Notes under the pieces: model-generated
The model's input: only the letters and a program-made list of their open reading frames with translations
Told to the model about the DNA's origin: nothing
The model's database searches: none
IMG/VR virus record: IMGVR_UViG_3300024352_000021
DNA from: an uncultured virus (IMG/VR IMGVR_UViG_3300024352_000021)
Taxonomy: Duplodnaviria > Heunggongvirae > Uroviricota > Caudoviricetes
DNA length: 25,695 nucleotides
Direction: 5' to 3' (one strand)
Translations under genes and position numbers: made by a program
Part shown: positions 8,597 through 16,543 of the stretch, piece after piece
How the letters are laid out: every line of letters begins with the position of its first letter
Numbering within the stretch: the first letter of the stretch is position 1

Positions 8597-11028
8597 CAAC
8601 GCCTACCACAGTTCAAGTACGCCTGAAGCTGCGCCGCGACACGGCAGCAAACTGGACCACCGCTAACCCGGTCCTGCTGGCAGGTGAACTGGGGCTTGAA
8701 AGCGACACCAATAAGATCAAGATTGGCGATGGCACGACGGCTTGGACGAGCCTGGGCTATTTCCCGTTTGTGGTGTCCGGCGGTGTCGTTACCGGCAACC
8801 TGGAGATCGGCACCACTGGCACGCTGACGTTTGAAGGCAGCACTGCCAATAACTTTGAGACCACGCTGGGTGTTGTTGATCCAACGGCAGACCGGACGAT
8901 CAACCTGCCCAACGTCTCGGGCACGATCATTACCACTGGCGACACGGGCACCGTCACCAGCACGATGCTGGCTGATGGCACCATCGTTAATGCTGACGTT
9001 TCCGCGTCTGCCGCTATTGCCCATAGCAAGCTGGCAAACATTACCGCTGGCTATGTGCTGATCGGCAACGCCAGCAACGTCCCAACCGCTACGCAGGTTA
9101 CCGGAGACGTAACCATCAGCAGCGGTGGAGTCACCGCAATTAGCAGCGGCGTCATCGTTGACGGGGACATTTCGGCGTCTGCCGAGATCGCCGTCAGCAA
9201 GTTGGCGGATGGTGCAGCGCGTCAACTACTGCAGACCGATGCTGCTGGCACTGGCGTTGAGTGGACCAGCAATGTAGACGTGCCTGGCACACTGGACGTG
9301 ACTGGTGCTGCCACCTTCGATAGCAGCGTCACAATCACAGGTGATCTAACCGTCAACGGCACGACCACTAATATCAATACTCAAAATCTTGTCGTCGAAG
9401 ACAAGAACGTAATTCTCGGTGATGTTGCTACCCCGAGCGATACCACAGCAAACGGCGGTGGCATCACGCTAAAAGGCGCCACCGATAAGACGATCACCTG
9501 GAGTGACACCACCGACAGCTGGGAGTTCAATCAGCCGACGATCACCACCGGCAGCAGCACCGCCGCCAGCTTCATCCCCACCAGCAGCACGGTGCCCACG
9601 AATGGGGTTTATCTACCCTCCAGCAACAACGTAGCCATCTCGACTAATGGCACTGGGCGGTTGTTTGTGGATGCAAGTGGACGTGTTACAGGGCAGGGCT
9701 TTAGCTCTTATCGCGGCAATACACACACGATTGCCAGCTTTGCGGCGAACACTACGCTAGGTCCACTTAACATTGTCCAAGGGAATATCGGAACGCACCC
9801 TTCAATTTCCGCAGGGCAAAATAGCAGCGGAACGTATGCGTCACTTGGCCTTCTGACCAGTGATAAATATCGTTTGTTGATTGATCCGACAGGTTTATCT
9901 ACATTTACGTCTGATACGTCGACTGCTCCAGTTATTGTCAACATTGGGGCTAGCGAAGTTGCTTGTATTGACTCATCGGGTCGCCTGCTGGTGGGGACGA
10001 GTAGTGCCACTGGTAACGCACTGCTACAGGTTGCTGGTGACGCACTAATCCAGTCACTTAACGGTGGACCGCTGGCTGGGGCTAGGAATCGGATCATCAA
10101 TGGGGATATGCGGATCTCGCAGAGAAATGCTGGGGCGAGTGTGACGGTATCTTCTTACGGTTACGTCTTGGACCGTTGGGGATTTCAATGCTCTGGCGGT
10201 GGTCAGTGGTCTGCACAACGAAGCACAACTGCACCAGCTGGATTTACAAACAGCCTTGCTCTTACGGTTTCAACAGTTGATTCCAGCATTGCTGCAGCCG
10301 ACGTTTATCAGGTGTTCCAAAAAGTCGAAGGCTTTAATGCGGCAGACTTGGCATTTGGCACAGCGTCTGCTTCAACTATTACTGTTTCCTTCTGGGTGCG
10401 CTCTAGCATTACCGGCACTTATTCGGCGTCGATTCAAAACAACGCTTTTAACAGGGGTTTTGTTTCCACCTTCACGATTGATGCTGCAAATACCTGGGAG
10501 AAGAAATCGCTTGTGATTGCTGGGGATACTTCTGGCACTTGGGCAACCGATAACACTATTGGTTTGCAGCTAGCCATTGATCTTGGCTCTGGAAGTAGCT
10601 CAAATGTCACTGCCGGAAGCTGGCAAACCGTAAGCACCTCAACGCTCCGCACCTCGGGTTCCGTCAACTGGATTTCCAACTCTGGTGCAACATTTCTACT
10701 CACCGGCGTCCAACTTGAAGCCGGAACCGTCGCCACCCCGTTTGAACGCAGGAGCTACGGGCAGGAGTTGGCGTTGTGTCAGAGGTATTTTGAAACTGGT
10801 CGAAACAGCATCTGCGTAGGTGGTGGCACGCAAGGCACCCTTACAGATGTAAAACAGACATCTAGCTTTGCGACGACCAAAAGAATTGCAGTATGGAATG
10901 GGACCACCTCAGGTGTCACAGGAACAGTCGCCTCCATCAATACTTTTGTGGATCAAATACAAGTTAACTATTCGGCAGGTGTCAGCAATAATTTCACTTG
11001 CTTCTGGACCGCCTCCGCCGAACTGTAA
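8593..11028 (+). CDS. Tail fibre / receptor-binding protein
   Basis: N-terminal RRDTAANWTTANPVLLAGELGLESDTNKIKIGDG (Mtd-N/hyaluronidase-N-type anchor). T/S/G-rich shaft with R..ID.SG repeats. C-terminal RNRIINGDM...QLEAGTVATPFERRSYGQELALCQRY carbohydrate-binding-like module. Confidence 0.88.
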   Translation: MTTPTTVQVRLKLRRDTAANWTTANPVLLAGELGLESDTNKIKIGDGTTAWTSLGYFPFVVSGGVVTGNLEIGTTGTLTFEGSTANNFETTLGVVDPTADRTINLPNVSGTIITTGDTGTVTSTMLADGTIVNADVSASAAIAHSKLANITAGYVLIGNASNVPTATQVTGDVTISSGGVTAISSGVIVDGDISASAEIAVSKLADGAARQLLQTDAAGTGVEWTSNVDVPGTLDVTGAATFDSSVTITGDLTVNGTTTNINTQNLVVEDKNVILGDVATPSDTTANGGGITLKGATDKTITWSDTTDSWEFNQPTITTGSSTAASFIPTSSTVPTNGVYLPSSNNVAISTNGTGRLFVDASGRVTGQGFSSYRGNTHTIASFAANTTLGPLNIVQGNIGTHPSISAGQNSSGTYASLGLLTSDKYRLLIDPTGLSTFTSDTSTAPVIVNIGASEVACIDSSGRLLVGTSSATGNALLQVAGDALIQSLNGGPLAGARNRIINGDMRISQRNAGASVTVSSYGYVLDRWGFQCSGGGQWSAQRSTTAPAGFTNSLALTVSTVDSSIAAADVYQVFQKVEGFNAADLAFGTASASTITVSFWVRSSITGTYSASIQNNAFNRGFVSTFTIDAANTWEKKSLVIAGDTSGTWATDNTIGLQLAIDLGSGSSSNVTAGSWQTVSTSTLRTSGSVNWISNSGATFLLTGVQLEAGTVATPFERRSYGQELALCQRYFETGRNSICVGGGTQGTLTDVKQTSSFATTKRIAVWNGTTSGVTGTVASINTFVDQIQVNYSAGVSNNFTCFWTASAEL

Positions 11029-11031
11029 CCC

Positions 11032-11277
11032 ATGACCTACCAACTCACTAAAGAAGGCAGCATCCGCATCCCGCTAGATGGCGATGTAGTGATGTTCCTG
11101 CCCCCTGAAGACAACGGCACACCCGAATGGGCTGCCTACCTCGCCTGGCTTTCCGAAGGCAACACCCCCTTGCCTGCCCCTGAACCCGAACCTGCCCCAG
11201 TGCTCACCACTGAGCAGAAGCTGGAAGCCGCTGGGTTGACCGTGGCGGAGTTAAAGGAGCTGTTCGGGCTCCAATAG
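11032..11277 (+). CDS. Small fibre-associated protein (putative fibre chaperone)
   Basis: 81 aa with YLAWLSEGNTPLP motif, which commonly follows fibres with this C-terminal module. Confidence 0.6.
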   Translation: MTYQLTKEGSIRIPLDGDVVMFLPPEDNGTPEWAAYLAWLSEGNTPLPAPEPEPAPVLTTEQKLEAAGLTVAELKELFGLQ

Positions 11278-11313
11278 TAAACCATTTAAATTTCCCCCAT
11301 CACCACAACCCCA

Positions 11314-11628
11314 ATGGCTGACACCACGTTTACCTGGAACATCGCCAACCTTGAGCGGGAAACCGCCGACGGCTACGTCTACACCGTCCACTACACCGTG
11401 GATGCCAAGGACGACACCTACAGCGCCGGAGCCTATGGCAGCATCGGCTTGGAGCGTCCCGACACCAGCATGATCCCCTTCGCTGATCTCACCCCCGAGA
11501 TCGTGGTCGGCTGGGTCAAGGACAAGCTGGGCGACGAGAAAGTCGTCGAGATTGAAGAGGCTCTCCAATCACAGATTGAAGAGCAGCGCCAGCCCAGCAA
11601 AGCCTCAGGACTTCCGTGGGCTAACTGA
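11314..11628 (+). CDS. Conserved phage protein, likely tail-associated
   Basis: 104 aa: TWNIANLERETADGYVYTVHY...IPFADLT.E.V.GWV...GLPW. High-expression codon bias. Confidence 0.6.
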   Translation: MADTTFTWNIANLERETADGYVYTVHYTVDAKDDTYSAGAYGSIGLERPDTSMIPFADLTPEIVVGWVKDKLGDEKVVEIEEALQSQIEEQRQPSKASGLPWAN

Positions 11629-11765
11629 TGGCAGTCCGCAGCAAGACCGGCACTGCTCGCATCGAGCATCAGTCTGGTCCACCGAAAACAACCCGTCAGG
11701 GCTTCGGTCAAAACAGCCGCCCACGCCGTCGCGGCAAGAAAAAACTGGTCGGGCAGGGTCGCTAA
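11628..11765 (+). CDS. Small basic protein (45 aa), not in the ORF track
   Basis: TGATG-coupled start. MAVRSKTGTARIEHQSGPPKTTRQGFGQNSRPRRRGKKKLVGQGR*. Confidence 0.7.
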   Translation: MAVRSKTGTARIEHQSGPPKTTRQGFGQNSRPRRRGKKKLVGQGR

Positions 11766-11796
11766 ATTAGAGAGAAGGTCGGCAGTATGCCTCGCA

Positions 11797-12048
11797 ATGG
11801 AGCACCACGAAGAGGCTGTAATCACTGCCAAACCACCTGAAAACCCGTTTAATCAAGTAGTACCAGCCCTGTTGACCGCTGCTGTGGTCGGCTTGGCTGG
11901 TCTTTTTATGCAAGTCGCCAAGCTCGATCAGTCTGTTAACACAGTCGCCGCCGACATCCAAGAACTCAAAAACGACTCAAAAGAAAGGCTTAGTGATCTC
12001 GAAACTAGAGTGCGCCAGATTGAAATGCGCGTCGGTTACAACAAATGA
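11797..12048 (+). CDS. Single-TM coiled-coil protein (holin/anti-holin-like)
   Basis: Hydrophobic VVPALLTAAVVGLAGLFM followed by heptad-like LDQSVNTVAADIQELK...LSDLETRVRQIE. Confidence 0.55.
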   Translation: MEHHEEAVITAKPPENPFNQVVPALLTAAVVGLAGLFMQVAKLDQSVNTVAADIQELKNDSKERLSDLETRVRQIEMRVGYNK

Positions 12049-12218
12049 GCGTCACTAACTCCACAGACTTTGGCAACGGCTTCTACCTAGACCAGCTAGA
12101 AAACGAGCGCGGCGAACTGTATTACCGCGCCTGCAAAAACAGCATCTGCCGCTATGCCGAAGACCACTACATCGCCATGATGTATCTCGAAGGCATGGGC
12201 TGGGACCCTAGAAGCTAA
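12045..12218 (+). CDS. Hypothetical protein (57 aa), not in the ORF track
   Basis: ATGA-coupled. MSVTNSTDFGNGFYLDQLENERGELYYRACKNSICRYAEDHYIAMMYLEGMGWDPRS*, with phage-like codon usage. Confidence 0.65.
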   Translation: MSVTNSTDFGNGFYLDQLENERGELYYRACKNSICRYAEDHYIAMMYLEGMGWDPRS

Positions 12219-12251
12219 TCTGGTATACTAGGTAGACCATTATTAAATAGC

Positions 12252-13169
12252 ATGTATCTTGTTCAAGGGCACCAGTTCGCTAGCCTTCGTGAAGTAGCCG
12301 AAGCCTACAAAATCCCGTACACCACACTGCTGCACCGCCTGGATCGAAACATTTCTCTAGACCAAGCTGTAACGATAAGCTTTGCAGCCCACAAATCCAT
12401 AACGGTAAACGGTAAAACATTTGCTTCTTTTGCTTCAGCCTGTAAAGAGTACAAAGTCGCCAATACGACAGCGTTAAATAGATACAAAAAAGGCTGGACG
12501 CCCGAGCAGATTTTCGGTCTTAGCCCCAAACCTAAGCAAGTACGTAGAATAGACCGCTCCACCGCTAAATGTAAAAGTATAACCGTAAATAACCAGGTTT
12601 ATCCGTCTTACAAAAAGGCTGCCGATGCACACAGCTTTCCATACCAGAAATTTATCAACCGCGTTAAAAAAGGGCTTACTCCCGAACAAGCTCTAGAGCT
12701 AGAACCGTTCCCTGACTGGTTTGTTCCGGGTAAAGGGCAGTTTGCTGTAAAGCGTAAAAAACATAGAGAGCGTGAGGAGATGCGCACTGGTAAACGTAAG
12801 TGCTCAGTGTGCAAAGAGGCTAAGTTACTAAGAGACTTCCATAAGGCTGCGGAAGGGGAATACGCGTTTCGCTGCAGCACTTGCACATCAAAAGCGTTCC
12901 TGCGCTACAGGTACGGTATAACAGTTAAAGAATTTGAGACTTTACTGACCAAGCAAAATAAACAATGCGCTATCTGCAAAACAGCTTTAGAGATAAGCTC
13001 TGACGGCATAAAGAGAACAAAAAACGTTGCTGTGGACCATTGTCATGCCACCGGGGCTGTACGAGGTATTTTGTGTAAAAACTGCAATGTAGGTTTAGGG
13101 TTTTTTCAGGATTCTGTACTCCTCCTTAACAATGCAGCTAATTATCTCAAGCAACATCATGACCACTAG
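12252..13169 (+). CDS. Endonuclease VII-family nuclease with repeated N-terminal DNA-binding units; probable free-standing homing endonuclease
   Basis: C-terminal YGIT..EF..LL.KQ...CAIC...AVDHCH.TG.VRGILC..CN.GLGFF.D motif. Three N-terminal ITVNG..(F/Y).S...A...Y....R...G.(T/S).EQA repeats. AT-rich relative to flanks. Confidence 0.85.
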   Translation: MYLVQGHQFASLREVAEAYKIPYTTLLHRLDRNISLDQAVTISFAAHKSITVNGKTFASFASACKEYKVANTTALNRYKKGWTPEQIFGLSPKPKQVRRIDRSTAKCKSITVNNQVYPSYKKAADAHSFPYQKFINRVKKGLTPEQALELEPFPDWFVPGKGQFAVKRKKHREREEMRTGKRKCSVCKEAKLLRDFHKAAEGEYAFRCSTCTSKAFLRYRYGITVKEFETLLTKQNKQCAICKTALEISSDGIKRTKNVAVDHCHATGAVRGILCKNCNVGLGFFQDSVLLLNNAANYLKQHHDH

Positions 13170-13473
13170 TTATCCAGTCGAATATGCGTTTTTCGCGCTC
13201 ATGGCAGAAGAAAGGTTGCTGTTGATACCAAGCAGAAAAAGGTTGTGCGTCTGACTTAGATATATTGCAGGGAAAACACGCGGGCACAAGATTTGTTTTG
13301 TGTGTCAAACCACCTTTGGACTTCGGCTGTACATGGTCTAACGTGGCAAGCCTCCCAAGATCGTCCCCACAGTAAGCACAGGTGTGCTGCCAACTATTAA
13401 GGATTTCTTGCCTAAAACGAGCTTTCGCTTCCTTTTTATTTAAGTATTCGCCATCTTCAATGCGATGGTCCAT
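13147..13473 (-). CDS. HNH endonuclease
   Basis: CAYCG...TLDHVQPKSKGG....NLVPACFPCNISKS, a canonical Cys-type HNH. Confidence 0.88.
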   Translation of the reverse strand: MDHRIEDGEYLNKKEAKARFRQEILNSWQHTCAYCGDDLGRLATLDHVQPKSKGGLTHKTNLVPACFPCNISKSDAQPFSAWYQQQPFFCHEREKRIFDWITSGHDVA

Positions 13474-13572
13474 ACCCAGCAGTCGCTACCTGGAATGTAG
13501 CGGTAGAAACCATTACATGCGCTGGTCTTCTTATCTAGTACAGCTATACTTCATAGAAGCCTTAGCTACCAA

Positions 13573-13716
13573 ATGACTGACCAACAAATCGCCATTGCCG
13601 CCATCATCGTGGCTGCCGGCTCCGAAATCATTGGCATGAGCAAACTGCGTTCCAACAGCTGGATCCAGCTCGGATTGCAGGGTCTCAAACTGGCCTTTCC
13701 CAAAAAGCGCCGCTGA
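13573..13716 (+). CDS. Putative holin (47 aa), not in the ORF track
   Basis: MTDQQIAIAAIIVAAGSEIIGMSKLRSNSWIQLGLQGLKLAFPKKRR*: N-terminal TM, amphipathic helix and basic tail, directly before the endolysin. Confidence 0.7.
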   Translation: MTDQQIAIAAIIVAAGSEIIGMSKLRSNSWIQLGLQGLKLAFPKKRR

Positions 13717-13738
13717 TCTCCCCTCCTGGAGCCTTGTC

Positions 13739-14866
13739 ATGACGACCAACAAGATCCGGCTGTCCGACCTGTTCCGTTTTTACAAGGCTCTTCCGCACCA
13801 GCTCGCGGCAATCACCGAGCTGGAGCAGGCAATTAACAAAGCCAACCCCAATATCCTTGGCCGCGACCAAGGCTGGTTCAAGACCTGGGCTGTTGCCGGC
13901 AAACAAACCCAGTTCCCTAATAGCTGGGAAGGCATTTTGGAAGCAGCTCGCGTAGCCGGCGCAAAATTTCCAGAGCTGGTCGCCGCCCAATGGGCACTGG
14001 AATCCAGCTACGGAAAATTGGTTTCAGGCCGCAACAACTTTTTCGGCCTTAAAGGCGAAGGCAGCGATAAGAAAACGCAAGAGTTTATCAATAATCAGTG
14101 GGTTACTATCACTGATAGTTTCATCGACTTTCCCGATCTACTTTCCTGCGTCATCTACCTCGTAGACCACTGGTACAAGGATTACAAGAACTACAAAGGG
14201 TGCAATAACGCTGCAACCCGCGACGAAGCTGCAAAGTGGCTGCAAAAAGAAGGCTACGCAACTGATCCCAACTATCCCGGCAAACTTATCGAACTAATGA
14301 ATCAGCACGCTGGCACTAAACCACTGGTGCCGCCGGGCCAAAAGTTACTCAAAGTTCCATACGAATACCAGCTTGGACCTGACGACGGCGCCAAAGGTTA
14401 CCGCCAGTGTTTTAGCTCTAGCTGTGCAATGGTGGCGCGATATTACGGCAAGATTTCGGGCGACTACGAATACAACAAACTCCGAGCAAAGTTCGGCGAC
14501 ACCACCGACCCAAAAGCTCAAATTGCTGCCCTTAAAGCACTGGGATTAATCGCCACCTTTGAGATGGATGGCACAGTCGAAGACCTCGAAACAGAAATAG
14601 CCAACGGCCACCCCGTTCCTGTCGGGTGGCTCCACAAAAATCCCGTTACAAACCCCAGCGGCACCGGCCACTGGAGCGTAGTGGTGGGCTACACGCCAAC
14701 CCACTTCATCCATAACGATCCATTCGGCGAAGCAGATTTGGCGAATGGTGGCTACGTAAGCAACAAAGGCGGTGCGGGTGTCGCATACTCGCGCCGGAAC
14801 TGGCTGCCTCGCTGGCTCATCGAAGGCAACGACACAGGCTGGTTCATGAGAATCCGCAAAGGTTAG
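13739..14866 (+). CDS. Endolysin: GH73 glucosaminidase plus C39-like cysteine peptidase
   Basis: AAQWALES..G...NNFFGLKG...YATDPNY (GH73). QCFSSSCAM...GHWSVVVGY...HNDPFG (C39-like Cys-His-Asp). Confidence 0.85.
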   Translation: MTTNKIRLSDLFRFYKALPHQLAAITELEQAINKANPNILGRDQGWFKTWAVAGKQTQFPNSWEGILEAARVAGAKFPELVAAQWALESSYGKLVSGRNNFFGLKGEGSDKKTQEFINNQWVTITDSFIDFPDLLSCVIYLVDHWYKDYKNYKGCNNAATRDEAAKWLQKEGYATDPNYPGKLIELMNQHAGTKPLVPPGQKLLKVPYEYQLGPDDGAKGYRQCFSSSCAMVARYYGKISGDYEYNKLRAKFGDTTDPKAQIAALKALGLIATFEMDGTVEDLETEIANGHPVPVGWLHKNPVTNPSGTGHWSVVVGYTPTHFIHNDPFGEADLANGGYVSNKGGAGVAYSRRNWLPRWLIEGNDTGWFMRIRKG

Positions 14867-14868
14867 CC

Positions 14869-15090
14869 ATGCGCCCCATCGAACACACGCCAGAGTCCAG
14901 CTTCCATAAAGCTGCCCAAGATCGCTGGCTCGTCGACCTCTTCAACAAACAGGACTATCGCGGCCTGCTCGAAGCCGCCCTCGTCCTGAACACGCTCCAC
15001 CAGCTGGAAAAAACAAAAACGGCCTGGGCTATCCGCGAAGCTGCGGATAACCTGGCCAATCAATTCGGACTAGACCGCGACTCGGCCTAA
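14869..15090 (+). CDS. Small helical protein (weak NblA-like pattern)
   Basis: 73 aa, last gene of the + arm, good codon usage. Function speculative (see findings). Confidence 0.6.
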   Translation: MRPIEHTPESSFHKAAQDRWLVDLFNKQDYRGLLEAALVLNTLHQLEKTKTAWAIREAADNLANQFGLDRDSA

Positions 15091-15260
15091 TTCTCCGTGT
15101 ACTTCTGGTACAGCCCGGTGTACGTGTGATGAAAGGGATGCTCAGGATTGAAGCGCCCATCCCACTGGTACAACTTTTCGAGGAGGTCCACGCGGCTTTG
15201 ATCCACGATGACCTCACCCCAGCACTGGCGTGCCCAATCAGCGATTTTCGGACTGCTCAC
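15087..15260 (-). CDS. Hypothetical protein (57 aa), not in the ORF track
   Basis: GTG start. VSSPKIADWARQCWGEVIVDQSRVDLLEKLYQWDGRFNPEHPFHHTYTGLYQKYTEN*. Its stop overlaps the stop of the + arm. Confidence 0.65.
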   Translation of the reverse strand: MSSPKIADWARQCWGEVIVDQSRVDLLEKLYQWDGRFNPEHPFHHTYTGLYQKYTEN

Positions 15261-15564
15261 GTTTGGCCTCTACGAGTTTGAGATTTTGCCGTGCCCGCTC
15301 TTTCGGACCACGACTGGAGCGCACCAGCCTAGGCTTTTTTGCCGCCGGTTCCGGCACTTCCACCTTGCAATTCGGGTAACGATTCGTGGCAAAGGTAATT
15401 GCCTGCTGGAGCGACTCCGCCCGAATCAAATCCCGCATTGCCCCCTGACCTGGCAACCAGATCTTCAACTCAAACAACTGAGCGACTGGAGCACTGGTGC
15501 GTGAGCGACCTTCACCGAGCTTCAACTCGGGATCGGTCTGCTGTTGGAATGGGACTACTTCCAT
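15238..15564 (-). CDS. Hypothetical protein
   Basis: 108 aa in a tightly packed - strand operon, basic C-terminus. Confidence 0.65.
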   Translation of the reverse strand: MEVVPFQQQTDPELKLGEGRSRTSAPVAQLFELKIWLPGQGAMRDLIRAESLQQAITFATNRYPNCKVEVPEPAAKKPRLVRSSRGPKERARQNLKLVEAKREQSENR

Positions 15565-15770
15565 GACCGGGGGTAGGCGGGTTCTTCAACGCTATGAATA
15601 GCAACAGGGCTGTTAGTGCACTGAGCAACAGCTCGCGCCGCAATGACAGCCCGTTCATAAGTAATCCAGCTTGAAGCGTCTTCTTTTGCAGCAGTCAATC
15701 CAATTCCATTACCTGGCCCATAAACCGCTGTAACCCAGCGATCTCCGGCCATCACCACGTAGCGAGTCAT
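15555..15770 (-). CDS. Hypothetical protein
   Basis: MTRYVVMAGDRWVTAVY...; preceded by a TAATCT -10-like box. Confidence 0.65.
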   Translation of the reverse strand: MTRYVVMAGDRWVTAVYGPGNGIGLTAAKEDASSWITYERAVIAARAVAQCTNSPVAIHSVEEPAYPRSWK

Positions 15771-15847
15771 CACTTAAATGTGTGTACTGTGAGAGATTAG
15801 TACGTTTTCCTAGGCCCAACCGGACTGTGACAAAAACCGGATGAGTC

Positions 15848-16117
15848 TCATGCGTCCGTTTCTGACACTCTGCCTTCTTGCTTGGAGCGCATCCTTCCCT
15901 CCACGCGCCGTCTGACCGACTCTTTCCACGCCTGCTCATCAGCTTCCTGAGCACTCTTGTACTCCCCCGACCTCAAAGCCAGTCCCGCGTAAACCAGTTC
16001 GCGCAAGAACGCCGTAACTTTCTTGCTCTCCTGCTCAGCAAGTTTCTCCGCCAGCTTGTAACGGTTTGGGTCAATCAACAGCTGGCAATAAAACTTGTTC
16101 CCGTGGTTAAGGGGCAT
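15848..16117 (-). CDS. Ribbon-helix-helix-like DNA-binding protein
   Basis: FYCQLLI strand, DPNRYKLAEKLAEQE helix and KVTAFLRELVYAGL helix fit the RHH pattern. Confidence 0.55.
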   Translation of the reverse strand: MPLNHGNKFYCQLLIDPNRYKLAEKLAEQESKKVTAFLRELVYAGLALRSGEYKSAQEADEQAWKESVRRRVEGRMRSKQEGRVSETDA

Positions 16118-16166
16118 GGCCTGCGGTCTAGTCTGCTACACAATAGCACAATGCGACACAGTAGTC

Positions 16167-16376
16167 CTACCAGCGCACATCCTCATCCACCCGCTTCCGC
16201 CACGCATTGCTCTGGGCCACCCGCGCCCCACCCCTTTGCTTGGCACAACCCTTCCGTATACCCCGTGCCCATTCCAAAAACGCCGCAGCCCGCTGCAAAT
16301 CCGCCGTCTTCGCCATCCGAATCTCCCGCATCAGCCACTCCATCACCAACTCCCTTCCCGTGCGGGCTGGACTCAT
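16167..16376 (-). CDS. Hypothetical basic protein
   Basis: 69 aa, ATGA-coupled to the upstream gene. Confidence 0.65.
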   Translation of the reverse strand: MSPARTGRELVMEWLMREIRMAKTADLQRAAAFLEWARGIRKGCAKQRGGARVAQSNAWRKRVDEDVRW

Positions 16377-16543
16377 GAGACTAGATCTAAGACTCGAATG
16401 ATCGACTGGGGCTGGTGCTCAGGACAAAGCTCCAGTGCTTTCACCCTCGCGGCAAAAGCATCTGGAGCAACAACAAAAAGATCGTGAGTACCGCCGTGGC
16501 GCGTGTGCATCCGAACGCGATACTCAAAATCCTCTTGGATCAC
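16373..16543 (-). CDS. Hypothetical protein (56 aa), not in the ORF track
   Basis: GTGA overlap with the pol stop and ATGA overlap with the next gene. VIQEDFEYRVRMHTRHGGTHDLFVVAPDAFAARVKALELCPEHQPQSIIRVLDLVS*. Confidence 0.65.
   Translation of the reverse strand: MIQEDFEYRVRMHTRHGGTHDLFVVAPDAFAARVKALELCPEHQPQSIIRVLDLVS

Noticed and set aside
8593..11028. Diversity-generating retroelement target suggested by the Mtd-N-like fibre start
   Set aside because: No reverse transcriptase and no template/variable repeat pair for the fibre 3' end in the window. The N-domain is a generic fibre anchor.
15786..15841. Short direct repeats AACCGGA (15818, 15835) and ACTGTGA (15786, 15824) as origin iterons
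   Set aside because: Only two copies each of 7 bp and no AT-rich unwinding region. At most a possible operator.
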